Shown one piece after another: positions 59,061-64,000 of a stretch of DNA of 64,000 nucleotides. The notes under the pieces were generated by a model. The model searched no databases and was not told the origin of the DNA. It saw only the letters and a program-made list of their open reading frames with translations. Position numbers and translations under genes: made by a program. Each line of letters begins with the position of its first letter. Positions within the stretch are counted from its first letter, which is position 1. The DNA is from Alphaproteobacteria bacterium (lineage in GTDB: Bacteria; Pseudomonadota; Alphaproteobacteria; Rickettsiales; JABCZZ01), in NCBI GenBank assembly GCA_013288335.1, contig JABDCC010000001.1:38862-102861 (forward strand), written 5' to 3'.

Positions 59061-59508
59061 ATCTGAATTTGTATATGTGATTTATATTCGTAGCACGCCT
59101 GAAAAACTATGGACGGCGCTCACAAATAAAGAATTTATGAAGCAATACTGGTTTGGCATGCATTGCGAATGCGATTGGAAAGTAGGCTCATCGTGGAAAT
59201 TAGCTTTCACCGATGGTCGCATTGCGGATTCTGGTGAAATTCTTGAGATTGATCCGCCCAAGCGCCTCGTTCTCAAATGGCTTAATGAATGGAAACCCGA
59301 AATGAATGCAGAGGGCTATTCATGTTGTACATTCGATATTGAGCCAATAGCAGGTGTGGTAAAATTAACGGTTACTCACTCTATCGATCGTGCTTCATCG
59401 AAATTGATCGAAGGAGTTTCCGGCGGCTGGCCGAAAATCCTCTCTAATCTCAAATCACTTCTCGAAACAGGAGCGGTCGTGATGCTCGAGAAAACAGACT
59501 GCAAATGA
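59053..59508 (+). CDS. SRPBCC/AHSA1-domain protein
   Basis: YVIYI..TPEKLW.ALT, G.ILE.DPP.RL, GW..ILS.LKSLLETG; SD aggag. Confidence 0.9.
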   Translation: MTKSEFVYVIYIRSTPEKLWTALTNKEFMKQYWFGMHCECDWKVGSSWKLAFTDGRIADSGEILEIDPPKRLVLKWLNEWKPEMNAEGYSCCTFDIEPIAGVVKLTVTHSIDRASSKLIEGVSGGWPKILSNLKSLLETGAVVMLEKTDCK

Positions 59509-59547
59509 CGTGCAAGTTGTGTGCTTGGAGTAAAAATGCTTGAAAAA

Positions 59548-59563
59548 TACCGACCGGTATGTA
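59548..59563. promoter_or_regulatory. Probable TetR operator 1
   Basis: taccgaccggtatgta between TTGAAA and TATATT. Confidence 0.7.
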
Positions 59564-59599
59564 TATTGCCGTGCAGTAAGGATTTAGAAAATTAAAAAT

Positions 59600-60235
59600 A
59601 TGCGTCAATCATCAAAAGCACGGCCCTCAGAAACACGGGAAAAGATTCTCGACACCGCCATAGAGCTGATTTGTAACAGCACCTATGAAAGTGTTGGTAT
59701 AGCGGAAATTTGTAGCCATGTGGGGGTGACGAAGGGTGGATTTTATCATTATTTTGATTCTAAATCATCCCTTTACCGTGAGGCGGCCCATCATTACTGG
59801 GATAAATTAAAAATCGAATTAGATGCAGTTTTCTCGCTTGAGCATAATTCATTGCAGAAACTGGAAGGACTCATCGATTTTATAGTGAAAAAACAATATG
59901 AATTGAGCACAAAGGAAAATCCGGTAAGTGGTTGTCCTTTCTTCATTTCTGGGGCGCAGTGCGGTAGTGACGAAAGTTGTGTGCAGGAAGTAGCCGAAGA
60001 ATTATCCGAGAAAGCAGTGACTTATAATACCGGATTGGTAAAGAGTCTTCAGACGGATGGTGTGCTCGCAAAGCCATGTGACGTGGTGCAGGTGGCGCGG
60101 CTCATTCATCAGTTCATCAAAGGATTGCTTCTTTATTGTCGCGTGCATAATAGTCTGGATACTATAGAGACTGACTTGCGTGAGGGTTTATACAGAATCA
60201 TTGATCTTAAGCACGAATATAGAAAGAAAATCTGA
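59600..60235 (+). CDS. TetR/AcrR family regulator
   Basis: TREKILDTA..L....Y..VGI.EIC..VGVTKGGFYHYF.SK; GCPF. Confidence 0.93.
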   Translation: MRQSSKARPSETREKILDTAIELICNSTYESVGIAEICSHVGVTKGGFYHYFDSKSSLYREAAHHYWDKLKIELDAVFSLEHNSLQKLEGLIDFIVKKQYELSTKENPVSGCPFFISGAQCGSDESCVQEVAEELSEKAVTYNTGLVKSLQTDGVLAKPCDVVQVARLIHQFIKGLLLYCRVHNSLDTIETDLREGLYRIIDLKHEYRKKI

Positions 60236-60240
60236 TTGAC

Positions 60241-60256
60241 TACCTACCAGTCGGTA
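60241..60256. promoter_or_regulatory. Probable TetR operator 2
   Basis: tacctaccagtcggta, overlapping TTGACT; same consensus as 59548-59563. Confidence 0.7.
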
Positions 60257-60291
60257 TGTTATCGAATCTACAATTTACAGAAGAGCACAAA

Positions 60292-61485
60292 ATGTCTTAC
60301 CTCACCAATGCCATCAAAAAACATAAAATAATTTCTTCTATTATTGTGGTTGCGCTGTTGTTCTGGGGCGGCCATGCGATGTATGGAAATTCTGCTCACG
60401 CATTACCTGGTGGTTCCGATCATCCCGTGCCAGTGGTTGTACAAACCATGGCAGAGCAAGAGGTGCGCACCTGGTCGGATTTTTCCGGACGCTTGCTCGC
60501 GGTTGATTACGCAGAAATTCGTCCTGAAGTAAGCGGCAAAATTACCGAGATTCATTTTGAAGATGGCCAGACCGTAAAAAAAGGTGCCACATTATTTGTT
60601 ATTGATCCGCGCCCCTACGCAGCAGAGGTTGCCAAAGCCGAGGCCAATCTTGCTACTGCAAAAACCAATGCGCAATTTGCCAGAATAGAACTCGATCGTG
60701 CAAATGGTCTTATTAAAACACAGGCGATTGCGCAGCGTGTGTACGATGAACGCGCGAATGCCGTTCGCGTAGCGAATGCTAATATCAATGAAGCCGATGC
60801 GGTATTAAAGCAGGCGCAGCTTAATCTTGAATATGCTTATGTGAGAGCGCCGATTTCAGGTCGCGTAAGCCGCGCGGAAATTACCGTGGGTAATCTGGTA
60901 CAAAGCGGACCTAATGCGCCGCTTCTGACCTCCATTGTTTCTAATGATGGAATTTATGCCGATTTTGAAGTGGATGAACCAACCTATATGCAGACGGTGC
61001 ATTCGGACACTAATGGAAAAGAGCAGGAGAGCCACATACCGGTGGAACTCACTGTACAGGGTAGTGATAAGGATCGGGTTTATAAAGGCCATATTTCCAC
61101 GTTTGATAATCATATCGATACAGCGTCTGGTACCATTCGCGCGCGCGCAAAATTTTCTAATGAAGATGGAAGTCTGGTTCCCGGCATGTTTGTGTCGGTG
61201 CGTATGGGTAGTACGAATAAAGGCAATACATTGCTGGTTTTAGAGCGTGCAATTGGAATCGATCAGAACAAAAAGTTTGTCTATGTAGTGAGTAAGGATA
61301 ACAAGGTGGAGTACCGCGAAATCGCAGTGGGCAAGCAGGTGGACGATAAGCGGATTGTCCTCTCAGGACTCAATGTTGGCGATCGCGTTATTGTGGATGG
61401 GTTGCAAATGGTGCGTCCGGGCAGCGTGGTGGATGCAAAAGAACTTGCAGCGACTCAAGATGCTACGCCTGCACCTAAATCATAA
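60292..61485 (+). CDS. RND periplasmic adaptor (MexE-like)
   Basis: EIRPEVSG.I, LFVIDPRPY, RAPISGRVSR, GTIRARA, PGMFV; start set to 60292 because the upstream ATG overlaps the operator. Confidence 0.93.
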   Translation: MSYLTNAIKKHKIISSIIVVALLFWGGHAMYGNSAHALPGGSDHPVPVVVQTMAEQEVRTWSDFSGRLLAVDYAEIRPEVSGKITEIHFEDGQTVKKGATLFVIDPRPYAAEVAKAEANLATAKTNAQFARIELDRANGLIKTQAIAQRVYDERANAVRVANANINEADAVLKQAQLNLEYAYVRAPISGRVSRAEITVGNLVQSGPNAPLLTSIVSNDGIYADFEVDEPTYMQTVHSDTNGKEQESHIPVELTVQGSDKDRVYKGHISTFDNHIDTASGTIRARAKFSNEDGSLVPGMFVSVRMGSTNKGNTLLVLERAIGIDQNKKFVYVVSKDNKVEYREIAVGKQVDDKRIVLSGLNVGDRVIVDGLQMVRPGSVVDAKELAATQDATPAPKS

Positions 61486-61508
61486 GAACTGGGATACACA
61501 GGCCTGAT

Positions 61509-64000
61509 ATGAATATTTCCAAATTTTTTATTGATCGTCCGATCTTTGCCGGTGTGATCTCGATCGTAATTTTTCTGTCAGGACTTATTTGCATATTTCT
61601 ACTGCCGATTTCAGAGTATCCGGAAGTAGTACCGCCATCCGTGGTGGTAAGCGCGCAATTTCCCGGCGCGAATCCAAAAGTAATCGCAGAGACTGTTGCG
61701 ACACCGCTGGAAGAGCAGATCAACGGCACCGAAAACTTGCTCTATATGTTTTCGCAAGCTTCTTCGGACGGCAATTTAAAAATTACGGTTACTTTTAAAC
61801 TCGGAACCGATGCCGATCTTGCGCAGCAATTGGTTCAGAATCGTGTTAACCAGGCATTACCGCGCTTGCCTGATGTCACCCGCCAAATTGGGGTGACTAC
61901 CGTCAAAAGCTCTCCTGATCTTACGATGGTGGTACATTTAACTTCGCCGAATGATCGCTATAGCATGCTTTACCTGCGCAACTATGGAGTCTTAAATATT
62001 AAGGATCAGCTGGAAAAAATTCCAGGCATTGGCAGTGTGCAGTTATTTGGCTCCGGCGATTATGCCATGCGTATATGGCTTAATCCGCAGAAAATCTCTG
62101 AGCGTAATTTAACTGCCGACGAGGTAATAGCTGCCATCCGCCGCCAAAACGTGCAGGTCGCGGCCGGTGTTATTGGTGGGCCGCCTTATGGCAAAGGGGT
62201 AGAAATACAACTGCCCATCAATACGCAGGGACGGCTTACCGACCCAGAGCAATTTGAAAATATTATAATCAAGCGTGATGCAAAAGGGGTGATCACCAAA
62301 CTCAGCGATATCGCGCGAGTAGAGATCGATGCGGATCAATATGGACTACGTTCACTGCTCGATAACAAATCCGCAGTTGCTATACCGATATTTCAGACGC
62401 CGGGCGCAAACGCCATCGATATTTCCAATAAAGTGCGCTCCACCATGGCGGAGCTCAAAAAGAATTTCCCCGAAGGAATCGATTATTCCATTGTATACGA
62501 TCCGACAATTTTCGTACGCGGCTCGATTGAAGCGGTAATACATACCTTGCTTGAAGCGGTAGCGCTGGTGGTGCTCGTGGTTATCATCTTCCTGCAAACC
62601 TGGCGTGCGTCGATAATTCCATTGTTGGCGGTGCCGATTTCCATTGTGGGTACATTTGCCATCATGCATATGTTCGGCCTCTCTATTAACGCACTATCTT
62701 TATTTGGCCTAGTGTTGGCCATCGGTATCGTGGTGGATGATGCCATCGTGGTGGTCGAAAACGTGGAACGCAATATTGAAAATGGGCTGAGCCCACGTGA
62801 TGCAACCATTAAGGCGATGAGTGAAGTCACTAGCCCGATTATTGCTATTGCACTGGTGCTCTGTGCAGTGTTCGTGCCGATTGCTTTTATCAGTGGTTTG
62901 ACCGGTCAGTTTTACATTCAGTTTGCGCTGACCATTGTGTTTTCCACTGTCATTTCAGCGTTTAATTCGTTAACGCTTTCTCCGGCACTTTCTGCAATGC
63001 TGCTTAAATCTCACGATGCCCCGCCGGATCGTTTGACCATAATTTTAGACAGTGTCTTTGGCGGATTTTTCAATTGGTTTAATAAATTTTTCCGTACCAA
63101 TTCCGCACGTTATAGTCGTGGTGTAGGCTGGTCTTTAAAACATAAGTCCTCTGCATTTATTATTTATGTGCTGCTTCTGGGTGCAACTTATGTTGGTTTT
63201 CAGCTTGTGCCTCCGGGCTTCGTGCCGTTACAGGATAAGCAATATTTGATCAGTTTTGCACAGCTTCCTGACGGCGCAACGTTGACACGCACGGAAAAAG
63301 TGATCCGTGAAATGTCGGAAATTGCTATGAAAGAGCCAGGCGTAGAAAGTGCAGTGGCTTTTCCGGGATTATCGATCAATGGTTTTATCAACAGTTCAAG
63401 CGCCGGTATTGTGTTCGTGACACTCAAGCCATTTGACGAACGCACTTCCAAAGATTTATCAGGATTTGCCATATCGCAGAAATTACAAATGAAATACGGC
63501 GGAATTAAAGATGCTTTCATCGCTATTTTCCCGCCCCCACCAGTGATGGGGCTCGGAACTATTGGCGGGTTCAAATTGCAGATTGAAGACCGGCTTGATC
63601 AGGGCTACGCAGCTTTGGATGGGGCAGTCAAAGCCGTGGTGGGCAAGGCGTATCAGACACCGGCATTATCGCGGGTATTTTCGGGTTATAACATAGGCGT
63701 GCCGCAGCTCAATGCGGATCTCGATCGTACCAAAGCCATGCAGCTTGGTTTGGATATACAGGATATTTTTGATACGATGCAAATTTACCTTGGCTCACTC
63801 TATATTAACGATTTCAATAAATTTGGCCGCACCTACGAAGTTATTGCGCAAGCTGATAAAGAATTCCGCTCCAAACCGGATGATATTTTAAAGCTGAAAA
63901 CGCGAAGTAGTACAGGGCATATGGTGCCGCTTGGTTCCGTGGTGCGTGTGAGTGAAACCAGCGGACCCGATAATGCAATGCGCTATAACGCATTCAGCTC
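61509..64000 (+). CDS. RND permease (MexF/OqxB-like), runs off the window end; not in the ORF track
   Basis: MNISKFFIDRPIFAGVIS...LPISEYPEVVPP...PGANPKVIAETVATPLEEQING; GLVLAIGIVVDDAIVVVENVER. Confidence 0.95.
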   Translation, partial: MNISKFFIDRPIFAGVISIVIFLSGLICIFLLPISEYPEVVPPSVVVSAQFPGANPKVIAETVATPLEEQINGTENLLYMFSQASSDGNLKITVTFKLGTDADLAQQLVQNRVNQALPRLPDVTRQIGVTTVKSSPDLTMVVHLTSPNDRYSMLYLRNYGVLNIKDQLEKIPGIGSVQLFGSGDYAMRIWLNPQKISERNLTADEVIAAIRRQNVQVAAGVIGGPPYGKGVEIQLPINTQGRLTDPEQFENIIIKRDAKGVITKLSDIARVEIDADQYGLRSLLDNKSAVAIPIFQTPGANAIDISNKVRSTMAELKKNFPEGIDYSIVYDPTIFVRGSIEAVIHTLLEAVALVVLVVIIFLQTWRASIIPLLAVPISIVGTFAIMHMFGLSINALSLFGLVLAIGIVVDDAIVVVENVERNIENGLSPRDATIKAMSEVTSPIIAIALVLCAVFVPIAFISGLTGQFYIQFALTIVFSTVISAFNSLTLSPALSAMLLKSHDAPPDRLTIILDSVFGGFFNWFNKFFRTNSARYSRGVGWSLKHKSSAFIIYVLLLGATYVGFQLVPPGFVPLQDKQYLISFAQLPDGATLTRTEKVIREMSEIAMKEPGVESAVAFPGLSINGFINSSSAGIVFVTLKPFDERTSKDLSGFAISQKLQMKYGGIKDAFIAIFPPPPVMGLGTIGGFKLQIEDRLDQGYAALDGAVKAVVGKAYQTPALSRVFSGYNIGVPQLNADLDRTKAMQLGLDIQDIFDTMQIYLGSLYINDFNKFGRTYEVIAQADKEFRSKPDDILKLKTRSSTGHMVPLGSVVRVSETSGPDNAMRYNAFS

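Overview
Gene-dense chromosomal window from a moderately AT-rich alphaproteobacterium. The gene style (ParC, PleC-like kinase, alpha-type CheZ, DUF2336, Flp pilin, CtrA boxes, short orphan ORFs) suggests a motile, free-living or epibiotic Rickettsiales/Micavibrio-like lineage; this is inference. It holds 4 tRNAs (fMet, Leu-CAG, Thr-TGT, Tyr-GTA), housekeeping genes (parC, ribH, nusB, alr, ppk1, ppx, aat, rpmH-rnpA-yidD, aroQ, thiS-thiG), two RND efflux loci, pilT/pilU, and chemotaxis genes without cheA/cheW. I saw no integrase, transposase, rRNA or CRISPR array. Most notable: (1) a 1136-aa, highly divergent PEP-carboxylase-fold protein inserted between ppk1 and ppx, which keeps most metal and phosphate ligands but has rebuilt other motifs; (2) a five-gene curli operon with a split curlin, a non-canonical CsgF, no CsgE/CsgH and three perfect CtrA boxes upstream; (3) a tRNA-Tyr islet with a PanD variant (substrate-binding Arg54 replaced by His) directly upstream of an ATP-grasp ligase, plus a GH26 and a disulfide-rich miniprotein. 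Four genes missing from the ORF track were read by hand: Flp pilin, rpmH, a 49-aa lipoprotein and the truncated RND permease at the right edge. All family calls are from remembered motifs; no searches were run.
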